64,000 bases of DNA, taken from contig JBHGNT010000009.1 in NCBI GenBank assembly GCA_043228905.1, positions 5,394,001-5,458,000 of the forward strand. Direction: 5' to 3'. Origin of the DNA: Azolla caroliniana (Eukaryota; Plantae; Polypodiophyta). Numbering within the stretch: the stretch's first letter is position 1; every line of letters begins with the position of its first letter. Of the stretch, positions 1 to 13,205 are shown piece after piece. The position numbers and the translations under genes were made by a program. The notes below the pieces were generated by a model. That model did no database searches and was not told where the DNA came from. It saw only the letters and a program-made list of their open reading frames with translations.

Positions 1-809
1 TCCCAATAGCATGTGCATATAGCCATTGAAGTAGTAATGTGTGTGTATAAGTTGGTAGGTGCACTAATTGTGTGGGTATGAAACTATTCATACAAATACG
101 TACATGAGTGTGTGTAAACAGGTTGGATGTAAGGCTTCAAAAAACAACTACAAGTGGCAGTAGGTGGCGACAACGTTGAGGATTGATTGCGAAAATTGAC
201 TCAATGTGTAGATGGTGGCAATGGTGATGACAATGGATGGCTAGTGGCAACAGACGGTGGTAGGTGGCATGGTTGTAGAGGTGACGACTTGTCACATGGT
301 TGGACAAAAAGGTTCTACTTTCGACTCTAGTCAAAGTCGAAGGCTCAAGTTTTAAAATTTTATAGCTTTATAAGCTTGGATTTCTAAATTGAAAATTCAT
401 GCACGATCCTTGCTTGAAAGTAAATAATATTAGACAATAGTTTTAACAGAACCTATATAATTATATAATAATCAAAAGAAGAATTACAATGAAGGCTCAT
501 AAACTAGAATCAGATATTGCAATGAGTAACAACTGTAGTCCATTACATGGAGTGGATTGAAACCATGCATGTGCTCCCTTTCCATTCCATTTGAGCATTT
601 CAACATTTATACATTGAAGATCACTTGCCTTTTGAGAGGCCAATTTCTTAAGTCCTACATGCATATACCTTCAATTGTAAAGAAGGAGACATATGTGAAA
701 GAGAACCCTAACTCATCATCTTTTCGACAAGAGATAGCTCATATAAATTCTTACAATGCATAGACAAGTAAAGAAGAGTTAAGTCACCATAACTCGACAT
801 GTTTGCCCT

Positions 810-1700
810 TTACATTTCCCCAAATTTAGCATATGCATGTGCTTTCTCTTGCGTTTGGAGAAATTGTTGAGTAACTTCCCATAATATTCTTCTCTTTCTT
901 TGAATAAGCCTTTTATACTCATACAAATGCTTTTGGTAATTTTCTTTATCCTTGACTACATCCAAAATCATAAGGCACTTTCGAGCTTCATGACATTCTT
1001 TATCAAACCATTTTTTCTTTGAACTATGTTTCTTGGTGCATTTCCAAGATGTGTGCTTGGCCGAAAAACATTTGTTTGTGCATGAGAGAATGACTTTCTC
1101 AAAAGCTTTCAATTTGCATTCTAGTGTGGCACCATCTTGTATCTTTGTTATTTGTAACATATCCTCAATAATCTTGGAATACATGGCCGCTCGCTTAAGG
1201 TTCATGCTCAAGTGCGATTGTTTATTATCGTAAATTATGGCCTTCTCCCAATCAAACCTATACATACATTTGAGGTCAATGCATAAAGTCCTATGGTCAG
1301 ATTCCAATGTCCATTCACTAGTTGAGAATTTAGGTATATGATCCAAAATACCTTCGGAATGTAGCACATAGTCAATCACACTATTTCCATTGTGTTTTCT
1401 ACATGTGAAACACTTAATAAGCAATCCGATACTATTGCACGAACTTCCCAAATTTGTCTAGACCTCTAGAATAGCTGTTATACATTTATATATCCTCTTG
1501 CATCCTTGGGATATGTGGCATAAAATATTGTTGTGCATCAAGTTGGAAACTTCTTGTATGGCATTCATGACACCATAGACAATAACCACTGCTTTGGATT
1601 TGAAATAAGCAATATCATCTTCTAAATTGACAAAAGGTTGATATTCATCCAAACACGCACAAAAGTTAGAATCTTGACAAGGAATTTAACATCCAACTGC
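810..1700 (-). mobile_element. Degenerate non-LTR (LINE-like) ORF2 fragment: C-terminal part of AP-endonuclease plus linker
   Basis: ORF 810..1451(-) has FTC...SVIDYVL...SDHRTL (APE IDY/SDH motifs) followed by WFDKECHEARK, a typical endonuclease-to-RT linker. It is broken by stops and the boundaries are approximate. Confidence 0.7.
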
Positions 1701-1992
1701 AAAAGTGGGCAAGTCATTAGGTGTTTTTATTTTAAGCCATATGTAGCATTTATGTCCATCATTTTTTATGATTGACCGTCTTAATCAAACATGTCACTTC
1801 TCCTTGTCCTCTTCGTTGTCTTGGATTTTTTGCCCATATCAAAGAGTGTATATTATTGTTTCCTAAACCTTGAATCCTTTGAGTATCATGCTCCCATTTT
1901 TCAACAGAATGTGATATCCGAGTCATCGATAAACTCCTTTATGCCAAATCCCCCATTCCATCGGTATCCATTGCAATTCCAAAAGCATAGTT

Positions 1993-1994
<2 letters not shown>

Positions 1995-2033
<39 letters not shown>
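1995..2033. repeat. (AG)n microsatellite
   Basis: Pure AG dinucleotide run. Confidence 0.95.
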
Positions 2034-2035
<2 letters not shown>

Positions 2036-2095
2036 TAGCTCAGTTGGTAAGGTTGCCCAATGGAGACTAGGAGCTCATGGGTTCAACCCCTACAT
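2034..2095 (+). mobile_element. tRNA-derived SINE head or tRNA pseudogene
   Basis: GTAGCTCAGTTGGTAAGG (A-box) ... GGGTTCAACCCC (B-box) at tRNA-like spacing; no convincing anticodon or acceptor stem. Confidence 0.55.
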
Positions 2096-2194
2096 TTCAC
2101 AGTGGCATTTGGTGAATTAAAAGATATGTATGAAGTATACAATAGAGAGGTGAGTAAAATTTGGGTCTCAAAACCAAGACATAGTGGCTTGTAG

Positions 2195-2635
2195 TGTAAG
2201 AACTTACCAATAGGATAAGCTAATTACAATAAAAAAAATAGAGAGGGAATATATGATAAAAGGAAAATATATTATAGAAAAGGAGTACAAAGATATGAAT
2301 AGCTTAGAGGCTTAAGACCGGCATTGAATCGAATTGGTTTGAATAGAAAAATATGGCTCTATTTATAGGGCATTAGGAGTATTCCTGGAGTTTCTAGGAA
2401 GTTCTAGAATATTCATGAATTTTTTAAATTATTACGAAAAGTTTTCTGGAGTTTCTGGAAAGTTCTAGAGCATTCTAGAATATTCATGAATTGTTTAAAT
2501 TATTCCAAACAGTTTTAGAACCTAGGTGAAATAACAAATAAAATTAACAACCATATTTATTCTAATGATAAGGCCTCGATCTATGTATTGTAAGATCACG
2601 GGTTTAAATTCTGGTTGGGGCCAAATCATGATACA
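2195..2635 (-). mobile_element. Solo LTR, related to 25394-25912 and 26694-27150
   Basis: TGTAAG...CATGATACA ends, minus-strand TATA (ctatttatag ~2359), TTCTAGAA arrays, and AGAGGCTTAAGAC(C/T)GGC similarity to 26694-27150. TSD not resolved, so the left end is uncertain. Confidence 0.6.
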
Positions 2636-2704
2636 CTCACACACATATTATTCTCATTTTCTATTTTATTTTTATGATTTGTTTTGTATTTTTTAGTTTT
2701 TGGT

Positions 2705-2895
2705 CGTGACCTACTACAGTAGGACATTATGACTTGCATCAGATCATCATGATCGACTGCAACAGGTGAACTGCAACAAGTCACTGGGACCTATTATAGT
2801 GGGTAATCTACAATAGGTCAACATGACCTACTATAGTAGGTGACCTACAGTAGGTCAACGCAACCCTTATAGTGTTAGAGCATATAGTAGGTAAC
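2705..2895. repeat. Cluster of short palindromic repeats (CCTACTA(C/T)AGTAGG-like)
   Basis: gacctactacagtagg, gacctattatagtggg, gacctactatagtagg and gacctacagtaggtc recur. Confidence 0.5.
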
Positions 2896-3327
2896 ATGCA
2901 ACATGTCAACACACCTTCTTACCCACAACAACAACAAGTTCTCGCGACATCAGGTTATCACAACCTGTTACCCACAACAACAGGTTCTTGTAGCCTGCTA
3001 CAACAAGTCATCACAACCGTCTTGTGCATGGTTGAAGATGGCACACCCTGTTGCCTTACAACAATGATTGTTAAGTGGCATGCCACATATGAGGCGTTGA
3101 GATTAGGACAACTACACCATTGTTGGCGGTAATTCTGTTAGCATTAGTAGTAGAAAAAAGAAAAAAGAATTTAAAATAAAATAAAAATTTTAAAAGCAAC
3201 AGTTTGTTGATTTGAGGGGTTTGATTCCCCTCAACTTCATTTTTTTATTGATTGCTAAATAAACTACTATCTACAAGTTAATTTTAATGAAGATTCCCTA
3301 AGTTGGTGTATAAATGTGGAATCAAAA

Positions 3328-4685
3328 TGCTGAACAAGAAACCATATACAATGATAGTGACAATGAGAGATAGTGAGACACTATATAGGCACCCAAAAAA
3401 GTATTTGTATATTAATTCAAAAACCATATTACAAGACATTGTATGTTTATATACAACTTAGGGTTAACTTATTATCCCATTTCACTATTTATTTGTGTTT
3501 AACACTCCCTCATAATGTGCATACATAATGTAACCAAATTAGCTTGTCAATGTCGGAATGAGCTTCATGAAGCCCATTTGAGTGTGGAAAGACTGGAATC
3601 GATCTGTCAATAGACTTTTGGTCATGGCATCTGAATCTTGTTAGTGACAAGTCTCTTCTTGGTGACACATTCCAAGACAAAATGATATCAAACCTAAATG
3701 TGTTTTGATTCGTAATGATGTACTGGATTCCTTGCCAAAGAGATAACACCCTTACTATCACTATATAAGGTTGGAGTTGATCAATTCAGATTGATCTATC
3801 GTAACATGTTAGCTAATTAACTAAGCCAAAGTGCTTCCTTAGATGTGTTAAATGAAATTACATATTTAGCTTCAGTTGCCAAGGTCTCCATGTGCTCCTA
3901 ATTTTTTATTATCTCCATGTTATAACTCCACTTATGAATTTCAAAAATAGTTGCAGGTTAACTTTCGACTATCTAGGCACTTGCATAGTCTAAATTTGTA
4001 TAATTGACTAAATCGAGTTATGTTGAATTGAGGGTTTGTTGGGCCAAATTTTATGTTTAGGTACTTTCTGCAAATCAAATATCTGAGGATATGCTTCACT
4101 GCATTCCAATGTGGTCAGTCAAGGTTGTGCCTAAATCTACTTACAATGCCCACTACATCCACTAAGTCTAGTTGGGTTGCAACCATTGCATACATCAAAC
4201 AACCAACAACAATTCTATATGGTATTGTCTTCATACTATCTTGCTCTAAATGGGTTGTAAGAAAACCTTTCTAAGAAAGTCTAAGGTTGGCTAGTAATGT
4301 TGTCATTGCAGATTTGGCAAAATGCATGTTGAATATCTCGAAAAATCCTTTAAAGATGCAATCATTCTAAGATAGAAATAACTATTGAGTGGTCTATGTT
4401 GCGTAGCCTTCATCTTGAAAATATTTTGCGCGAGACTGAAGTCCATGGTGAAATTGTATTGTAGTTGTAGCTCCCAAGTTGGTCTAATGGAATCGTTAAC
4501 TCAAACCCTATTACATTTGTCAACATATTGTAAAGTAGCCATACGAGGCACCGTGTGCATTGTCCATGTGGCCACCATGTGTAACAATTAGGCATCATGA
4601 GTGCATGTGTAATAGTTGATTTGGGCCTCAATATAAGAGAAGCATTTGCCCACCAAAAAGAGCAGAAGAGGTGTTGAGAACGCGT
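3328..4685 (-). mobile_element. Old, highly degenerate Ty1/Copia fragment: RT/RNase H remnants, PPT and short 3' LTR (~3328-3504)
   Basis: Minus strand reads GAGGGAG (PPT, 3505-3511) then TGTTAAAC (LTR start). Decayed RT motifs (LLYVD-like, VGCLMYAMVATQ-like). It is the host of the Gypsy insertion at 4691. Confidence 0.6.
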
Positions 4686-5039
4686 CCGTCTGACTCCGTA
4701 ACTTGTGTTGTTCACCTTGATTGTAATCTAGGTGAACACACATATTTATACAAGTTTTGAGATTGAATATCTCTAGAATATACCTAAGAAATATCTCTAG
4801 AATATACTTGAGAAATATCTCTAGAATATACTCGTCTAGAATATACCATAGAACATTTCTAGAATATACTAAAGACTTGAATATTCTATATGCTTTACTA
4901 TATAAAATATTAAACATATATTATATATAACTTAAAGGTTTCCAAATGGTTTATCTAATACTAAGTATTAGGTGTGTTATAAGTCAGAGGTTCGAGTCTA
5001 GATGTGACATTATCCTCCCTCGTACGCTGCCTTCCCAAA

Positions 5040-8000
5040 CACGTCGTTGGTTTGTGGGGATATCGGAGATGAAAATATTGAACCACTTCTAGGGCATTTT
5101 GTAAATAAACTATTCACGGGGTTCGCATGTGGTGTTAGACAAGGGCTAACCCTTCCACAAGACGAGGTATTGCATGTGTCGACGATGCAAACGTGACTCA
5201 AGTATTTGGTCGACATCATATTCCTCGCATGTCGTCAACTGCATAGGTGGTGGTGGGGGGCATGGCGTCTTGGGAGTTGTGAAGCATAATGGGGCTCGAG
5301 GAGGGAGACATGAAAAACATCATGAATCTGGAAGTGGGATGGAAGGGCCAGCCAGAAGGCGACGAGTTTGATGTGCTCAATTATATGGATTTGGTTGACG
5401 TACTCCGTCTGACTGTCAATCTGAGGGTGATAGGCGGAGGACAACTTGACGAAGATGCCTAAAGTTTGCAGCAGGCGCTGCTAGAAGTGAGAGACAAACT
5501 AGGGTCCACGATCTGAGATGACATCATTGGGGAGGCCATGCAAACCGACCACATTACTGAGGAGTAGATGCGTCATTCCCTCTCCGGAAATGGTTTTAAA
5601 GCAAGGAGTGACGTGAGCCATCATTGTAAACCGATCAACAACGACCAACATCAAGTCATAGCTATTGACCAAGGGTAGATCAGTTATGAGGTCCATAGAG
5701 ATAGACACCCAAGGACGACTAGGACATGGAAGTGGCTGGAGTAAGCCATATGGCCGATGATGAGCAACTTTGGAGCGAGCGCAAACCTCACAAGTCTTGA
5801 TGTATTCTTTGACCAATGTCCATGGTTGTAGCCACCAATACCCTTGAGAGATTAGTTCGAGGGTTTTTGCAACTCTGAAGTGACCCGCAAGGGGGTCATC
5901 GTGGCATTCCCTCAACACCCGGGTGCGACACGGGCCCTCCGGGACGTATAAGAGACGATCGCGGAATAACAAACCATCTTGTATGGTGAAGTGATCAAGG
6001 TCCGTCATTATGGGCGTCTTGGAGGGATTTTGTAGACTATCTCAAATCTCGTTGGAAAATGCATCATCCGTGGATGCATCAGTGATCTGTTGGAGTAATG
6101 AATCATCCTGCAACATACAAGTGGCAAAAAGATGCAATTGGTCGGGTTTCAACAAACATCGAGATTGTTGAGCATGAACGGCATCCCCGAGGTGGATGGC
6201 AAATTCGAATTGATGAGAAAGAGCATCAACCTTCCCATGTAGGCCACTAGGTCGAAATATGATCTCAAAATCATAGTCGGCGAGAAATGTTGACCAACGA
6301 GCCTACCTTCGATTCAAAGTACGAGTAGTGGAAAAATAAACTAAATTCTTATGATTAGTCATTACTTGGACACAGTGTTGTGCTCTTGCCAAGTCGGCGC
6401 CATTCTTCAAAGGCAGCAATGTTAGCAGCAAGCTCCTTGTCGTATATTGGATCATTGATTTCAGATACCGTGAATTGGTAGGAGTAGTAAGCCACTGGGT
6501 GCATTATGTTGGATTCATCAACCTGAGATAAAATGACGCCAATGGCAAAGTCAAAGGCATCAGTCTCGACCTGGAAGGGTCGTGTGGGGTCAGCATGTAG
6601 AAGCACTAGGGCAATGGTGAATGCGTGTTTGAGAGAGTCGAACGCATTTTGTGCCCCTGAGGTCCATAGAAAGGGATTACCTTTGTGTGTGAGGGCAATA
6701 AGAGGATGGGCTAGAGTGGAAAACCCCCGCAATGAAGCGACGGTAAAAATTAGCAAAGCCAAGGAAGGATTGCACATCTTGAAGTTGAGTTGGAGTCGCC
6801 CACTCTCGAATGATGGAAACCTTCTTCATATCCTTCGTGATGCCAGTGGGCAAGGTATGGTCGAACTCATATTTCTCACTTTTGGCATAAAGGCCATGCT
6901 CCCGAAGTTTTGCAAGAACTAATTGTACTTGACGGGTGTGCTTCGCCATGTTTGGCGAAAAAATGAGAATATTATCCAGGTAGATGACCACAAAATGATC
7001 GAGATATTCCCGGAATAAATCGTTCATCATATGTTGAAAAACAGCTCCAACGTTAGTAAGGCTGAAAGGCATTACCTTGTATTCGAAATGCCCATATCGT
7101 GTTCAGAAGGCGGTTTTCCATTCATCACCGGGCTTGATGCACACCAGATTGTATGCGCCATGCAAATCAACTTTGGCGAAGACACGCGCAGCGTGGAACT
7201 GGTCAGGAGTTTGGGGATCAAAGGGAGCGGATAGAGGTTGCGCATAATGAGTTTGTTGAGATCCCCATAGTCTACACATAAGCGTAGAGAGTCGTCCTTC
7301 TTCTTCACAAATAATATGGGGGGGCCTGACTGGCGACTTAGAAGGTTGAATAAATCCTTTCGCGAGGTTCTCATCGAGATACACTCGAAGGGCCTTTAGC
7401 TCTGATGCAGACAATACATATAGAGGATGAAAGGGTGGACACACGCCTTCTTGAATATCGATGGGACAGCCATAGAGACGATGTTCTGGCAAACGATTTG
7501 CATTACGTTTCTCAAATACATTGGAGAAGTCTTTATACTTTTCGGGAATAGCATGGAGTATGTTAGAAGTAGCTCCACAAACGGCGAGTAGGTGATGAAC
7601 TAAGGGTGGAGTGGCCGAGTCAGAATCAACCGTATCCGGAGGATGTGAAACTGAATTGACCTTCATAGTTATGTGCGAGCATCTTGGCTCGCTAAATGTG
7701 ATCGAGCGATTGCACCAATCCACTATTGGATTGTGCGCCTCCAACCACGATAGTCCTAAGACGATTGCATGATGAGGGGATGCGATGAGGTAAAAGGGGA
7801 GCTCCTCCTAGTGGGAGCCCACACGAAGCCCTAATGGGATGGTAGTCTCGGTAATTGCTCCTGACGAGAGGACACACCCGTCAATGGTTTCAACAGGAAT
7901 GGGTTTTGAGAGGCACATGACGGGTATCCCATGTGCTGGGGGGAATGCCACATCAATGAAGCAAGAAGACACTCAAGAATCCAAGAAAGCGACAGACTAA

Positions 8001-9130
8001 ATGGAACTAGAATTAAAAGAAAGGCATGCCTCCAATGTGAAATTGCCTGATGTTCTAGCAATGGAACCACGATAATGTGGATGATGGGAGACTCCAGCTA
8101 CATGGCTCCTACTGCAACTAAAAATTTCGTTTTCCAGACGTTGGGGTTCATTGGCTTGATGGAACAGTGGGCGATTACTCCTAGGAAAATGGCGAAGGGG
8201 ATGACCCAAGGCAAAATAATATAGGCACAATATAGGAAATTCTCGTCGGCATTAGTCAATGGCTGAAAGCAAGCTTGATCAATTTCCATTGGGACTGGAG
8301 CATCTGCCAAAGTAGGGGAGCGTGATGCCACAAGAGGGAGTGATACCTAGGGTTGTACAATTGGGGCGTGTCGTCAAAGCGAATGAGTCGAACTCCAAGT
8401 CTGACGCTCTTCCTGGCGAAATTCAAAAACACAATTGTCACAATGGACTGCTTGTGAAATCGCTTGGATAACAAGGTGGGCTTGGGAAAGATCAAGAGAA
8501 GATTCTTGACATTGCTCCGAAGGCCCTACCAAAAGTGATCAGCTAAAGCTTGATCATCCCAGTTGCCATTACATGCTAGTTGTCGGAATTCCAAAGCATA
8601 GACAGAAGTTGCACGCGAACCTCGTTTGAGTGCATAAAGCTTGGTGAGGGATGTACGTCGCCGGTCCTTCTCTCCAAATGTGGCCTGTAACCTAGCGAGG
8701 AAGGCGGGAAAGTCCGGACCAATAGAGGTGACAAAGTTTCTTCTAAAGGTGCAAACCAAGCTTCGGTCGAACCGGAGAGGAGGGTGCCTACAAGTTCAAC
8801 TGGTCAAAGACCATCTGCATAACATTGAGGTTATTGCCGAAGGATTAGACGAATTTGGTTGATGAACCCCTGGAAACGTGACCTCGTTCCATCAAATTTT
8901 TCTGGGAGGCTAATCTTAGGCTCAAGAAAATGAGAAGAAGGTAGATCGGATGTTGGTAGAAGATTGGGCTCCGGGCTAGGTTATGGTGGCACACTAGGCT
9001 CTATGGGCTGTGAGGATAGGGAGGCGCCGACTTGAAGTTCTCGTAAAGAATTCCGAAGAGCTTCATTGTCAAGCTGGATTCGTTGTAAGGATGTCATTAT
9101 TTGGCTTAAGTCACAGACTACGTCAGACAT
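5040..9130 (-). pseudogene. Gypsy gag-pol pseudogene with C-terminal chromodomain
   Basis: ATG at 9130 (MSDVVCDLSQ...), gag (YALEFRQLA...WDDQAL; VPMEID), RT (VVIYLDNILIFS, QSFLGFANFYRRF), RH (ETDAFDFAIG, YDKEL), INT (CHDDPLAGH, ISMDLITDLP, ISDRGP), chromodomain EEYDVDQILESRLHRRHMQYLVLWKG at ~5070-5230. Many stops and frameshifts. Confidence 0.9.
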
Positions 9131-9167
9131 AGCTACGACTAACGAGAATGAGAGCTACAAGGATGGG

Positions 9168-9178
9168 AAGGTGAACAA
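9168..9178 (-). other. Self-priming primer-binding site (no tRNA complementarity)
   Basis: Minus-strand TTGTTCACCTT lies 2 nt downstream of the 5' LTR and is the exact complement of AAGGTGAACAA, found ~32 nt after the LTR TATA box (4708-4718). Confidence 0.75.
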
Positions 9179-9744
9179 ATTGACAGAGGTAGAAAATATA
9201 CACAAGAGAGTAGAAGATAATCAAAGGGATGAGTTGACTAATTGAAAGACTCTGTAACTGGTGTTGTTTACCTTGATTGTAATCTAGGTGAACATACATA
9301 TTTATACAAGTTATGAGATTGAATATCTCTAGAATATACCTAAGAAATATCTCTAGAATATACCCGAGAAGTATCTCTATAATATACTCGTCTAGAATAT
9401 ACCATATAACATTTCTAGAATATACTAAAGACTAGAATATTCTATATGCTAGACTATATAAAATATTAACCAACTTAAGACTTTTCAAATGGTTTATATA
9501 ATACTAAGTATTGGGTGTGTTATAGGTCATAGGTTCGAGTCTAGATGTAACACCGTCAAGTTGCGAAAATATCTTAGAACTCTTTTGTGAGGAGTCATTG
9601 TTAATAGATGCAATGAAGAAGACAGATGGCAACAAGAAACAAAATCAAGAAGGAAGATCAACAAGAACGCAAGAGAGAGAGAGAGAGACGTTAGGCACAA
9701 AATGAACTATATTTACAACCACCAAAAAGCTAGGTTACAAAGCT

Positions 9745-10027
9745 AGATGAACTTGAAAGAAAATAGTGCAGAATAGTGCTCGGCCATAACCAAGTCTTGA
9801 ATCACTTTTATGAGAATCAAACACAGAAATGGGAAGTAGGGAGTGAACACACATACACACACAACGATAGAAAGTACACATGATGTTTACGTGGAAAACC
9901 CCGAATGGGAAAAAACCACGGGAGCCCACAAACTCCAACTATCACTATGAAGAAAGAGTACAAACAGAGACTCATAGGCAAATGACCTCGAGCTCAGTAT
10001 CTTCGCCAGCCGGCTGTTACAACAGAG

Positions 10028-10077
<50 letters not shown>

Positions 10078-10436
10078 CAGCAGTTATGCACATACATACA
10101 ATATGACAACCCACATTGTCCACTACATAAAGTGATTGCCCTAAGTCAGATTTATACTTATATTAACTTAGGGCTATTTACAAATATAGCCTCAATAGGC
10201 TTACTCAAAACATATTTACAAATATGTCTTCTCTTCCGGTTCTCACCGGGTCTATCCGATCCGGTTTCCGGATCTCTTCCGGCTCTCACTGGGCCCTCTT
10301 TATTCATCACCGGATCCCATCCGAAGGGACCGATTTCCCAAAAAAACTTAAGGCAACTATCATTCTCACTATTTACATAAATAGCCTAAACCTAGTGTGA
10401 ATAAGTTCATTCGAGACCTGCATTCAACACTCCCCC
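9745..10436 (-). mobile_element. 3' LTR plus PPT of a Tork/Tnt1-related Copia
   Basis: Minus strand GGGGGAG-TGTTGAATG at 10436-10421. Shares GGTTTTTCCC...GGGTTTTCCAC and GGTT(A/G)TGGCCGAGC with the LTRs at 13144, 17534 and 19015. Contains (CT)n at 10029-10074. Left end approximate. Confidence 0.75.
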
Positions 10437-11074
10437 GTAATTGAAATAAATGTACTGTAAAAGATTATATTGTGGAAGCTTTGATAGAACCGATTCCACC
10501 ATATAACAACAAAGAATAAAGACACACGTTTAATGGAAACCTTACACAGGGGGTTCCACCGTATAACAATAGAGAATAAAGACACAGGTTTAATGGAAAC
10601 CTTACACGAGAGAGACAAAGAGAGTAAAAAGCATAAACTCAATTTAAAATAATAACCCTCTCTGTAACACTCTTTACATACAATGTGCTCAGTGAGCACT
10701 TTTATACAAGTCCATGAAAGGACTGATAGAAGTACTGACTAGTACTTCAATGCTCATACGAGCGAATGACATTGACTCCCAAAAATACACCTACGTACTA
10801 GGCTAGATTCATAGGTCTCTCAAGGCCTACCGGTTACAATATGATCCAGCTCTTGGTTCTAGATATCGATTTGGACATTGATCCAGTTCTTCGTTACGGA
10901 CATTGATCCAGCTTTGGCTTATTTAGCCGATCTGATCCGGTTGAGCTTGTTCGCTCAACACTCCCCCTCAAGCTCAATTTGAGGCCTGATCGCAGTGTCA
11001 ATGCCAGTGGTAGCCCGTCCTCTCCTCCGGCTCCACCTGGCGTCCTCTCGCCTTTCTCGCGCTCCTCCTCCCGT

Positions 11075-12290
11075 TGTCGTGAAGATCCGTCACTACGCGC
11101 GGATCGTGAGGCGGAACCACCGAGGTTCTGGACCAAAAGGACTCGAAGTACGCACTAGCTTTAGCGAGAAAGGAATTAAGATAGATTCAAAGAGAGAGAG
11201 ATTGAGATAAGATAGAACACATGACTTTAGATTGAGAGAGATTAAGATTGAACTCTTGACTTTAGATTTGAAGAACAAGATTGATACATCAATTGAATAA
11301 CGAATTTCTTACTTTTAATTTCTTGAATCATACATCACCTTTTTTTTCTTTTTCATCCACTCTTTTATAGATGCCCCCATGCATATGATGCATGTGGGGT
11401 ACAAGACATGCATAAAATGCATGATGCATGTTTGCCATTTGGCGCTCATGCGTTACATGTGATGCATGATAACCATGTCACTCATTTAAGCTCTCATATA
11501 AGAATTTTCAAGTAAAACTATAATAATAAAAATATAACTTTAAGGAAATGATTTGGCTTAGTGGTAAGTATATTACTTTCTATCTTGGAGGTGTAAGTTT
11601 CAAGTTTTGCTTACATCACTTTTAAAGCATAAATTACTATTAGGCTTTTAGACCAAATATCTTTAAAACACCATGCACTGCGATCAACCGATCCGTCCGA
11701 TTTGCATCTGTTCGGTTTGGCCCGGTTCAGTTCACATCCCGAGGTCGTCGGATGCTAGTAACCGTGTTTGCCAACACCGGTCGGTCGCTGGTTGCCGGTT
11801 GCCAGTTCCGTCGTCGGTCGACGCATCCTAAGCCGGTTCCGTCCGCATCCCGAGATCGCCGGATGCTGGATGCCGGTCACCGATCGCCGGTTTCGTTGCC
11901 GGACAAAGCCATTAAACTTGGCTACATCCATTCGTTAAGTCATTGAACTCATTCTTTCTATTCTCCACACATAAACACAAAGATAATAGTTTTTGCTCTT
12001 CCTTATATATGGTGAGATCCTTATTTGTCCTGTCTATGTGGGATATCTCACAATTTTTTATTTTTCTCTTTTTCTTTGCAAACTTCATACCCACATAACT
12101 TGACACTCAGATACCCACATAATTTGTTATGTAGCAAGTGCATTCAAAAGCTCTTCAAGATCTCCCTCTTTTTGTACCAAGATATTAAACTTATTTACAT
12201 TATTATTGTTTCATATTGTGTGTGAAGAACCACACTCGATTTTGTACGTTCCATGCAATTTTCACACCGTTGCCGAAAATCTTCACGACA
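11075..12290 (-). mobile_element. Solo LTR with 4-bp TSD (probably Gypsy)
   Basis: 12-bp terminal inverted repeat TGTCGTGAAGAT...ATCTTCACGACA, TSD CCGT/CTGT, host B1 3' region resumes at 12295, minus-strand TATA ~11362-11370. Confidence 0.8.
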
Positions 12291-13205
12291 CTGTCTAGCT
12301 CCGCTTTCCACCACCTGTCAAGTCTCATGCCTCTCGACCTTCTCAGTCAACTTGTTTGCTCATAAGGCCCTTCTCAGCTCCTTCGTTGTTGCAACTTCGG
12401 CGCTTCTTGACCCGTCAGTTCCTCTGTGTTGGTGTCGACTTCAACTGGCTCCTCGTCCATTTGGCCTTTTAGTTGATCTGTCTTCAATTCCCAGATCTTT
12501 CACGACATCGGCCCTTGTTCATGTCCTGGTCTTCCTGCCCTTCTTGGCTTTACCTCCTCCTTGTTTGGTTGGCTCAGGCTTGGGCACTCCATTCCAATGG
12601 CTCCCCCTGAGTCTAGCCTCAGCTTCTTCAACCGTCCTATGCACTCCGACTTCTTCAGTCTCGATGAAGTCGAAATCGGTTTCCGACTCCGTTTTTCGGT
12701 CATCTCCCTCATTCCTCCTTTCATTCCTCCCCCTCAAGCTCGGCATATCGAGGTACTGCACACCTAGTGTACTGGAAAATTTCCACAACTTGTTTAAACT
12801 GAGGTTTGGTGAAAATATCAATCACCTACCGATCCGTTGGAACATACACCAGTTCCACTTCACCGGAAAGAACATGCTCACGAACAAAATGATAGTGCAC
12901 CTCGATGTGCTTAGTCCAGGCGTGAAAGAAGAGGTTCTTAGCAACTTGGATGTTGTTGAGGTTATCGCAATAGATCACCGTCGGATCGGATATGTCAACC
13001 TGCAGATCCTATAGGAGCCTCTTGAGCCATATGGCTTTGCATGTCGCGAGAGCCGCTCCTCTATACTCGGCCTCAGTGCTTGACAATGCAACTGTCGGTT
13101 GCTTCTTACTACTTCAGGCGACCAAGGTGTTTCCAAGTGAAAACGGATGGGAAGGGAGAAGAACAGTGCTGATGAACAAACTCGGCAGAGGCCGACAGGC
13201 CGAGG

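Larger units (their letters stand above)
4691..9552 (-). mobile_element. Full-length decayed Ty3/Gypsy chromovirus (Tcn1/Tf1-sushi-like)
   Basis: 5' LTR 9181-9552 and 3' LTR 4691-5009 (the latter with an ~66 bp GAC-microhomology deletion in U5). TG...CA ends, 5-bp TSD CCGTC (4686-4690 / 9553-9557), PPT CGAGGGAGGATAA next to 5009. Domain order gag-PR-RT-RH-INT-chromodomain. Confidence 0.92.

Noticed and set aside
2034-2095. Functional tRNA gene (also considered for the LTR-borne modules)
   Set aside because: A/B boxes are present, but the acceptor and anticodon stems do not pair convincingly
12253-13014. 253-aa plus-strand ORF and the many other antisense ORFs over the retroelements
   Set aside because: They are reverse-frame shadows of GC-rich Copia pol and tail sequence, with no recognisable domain
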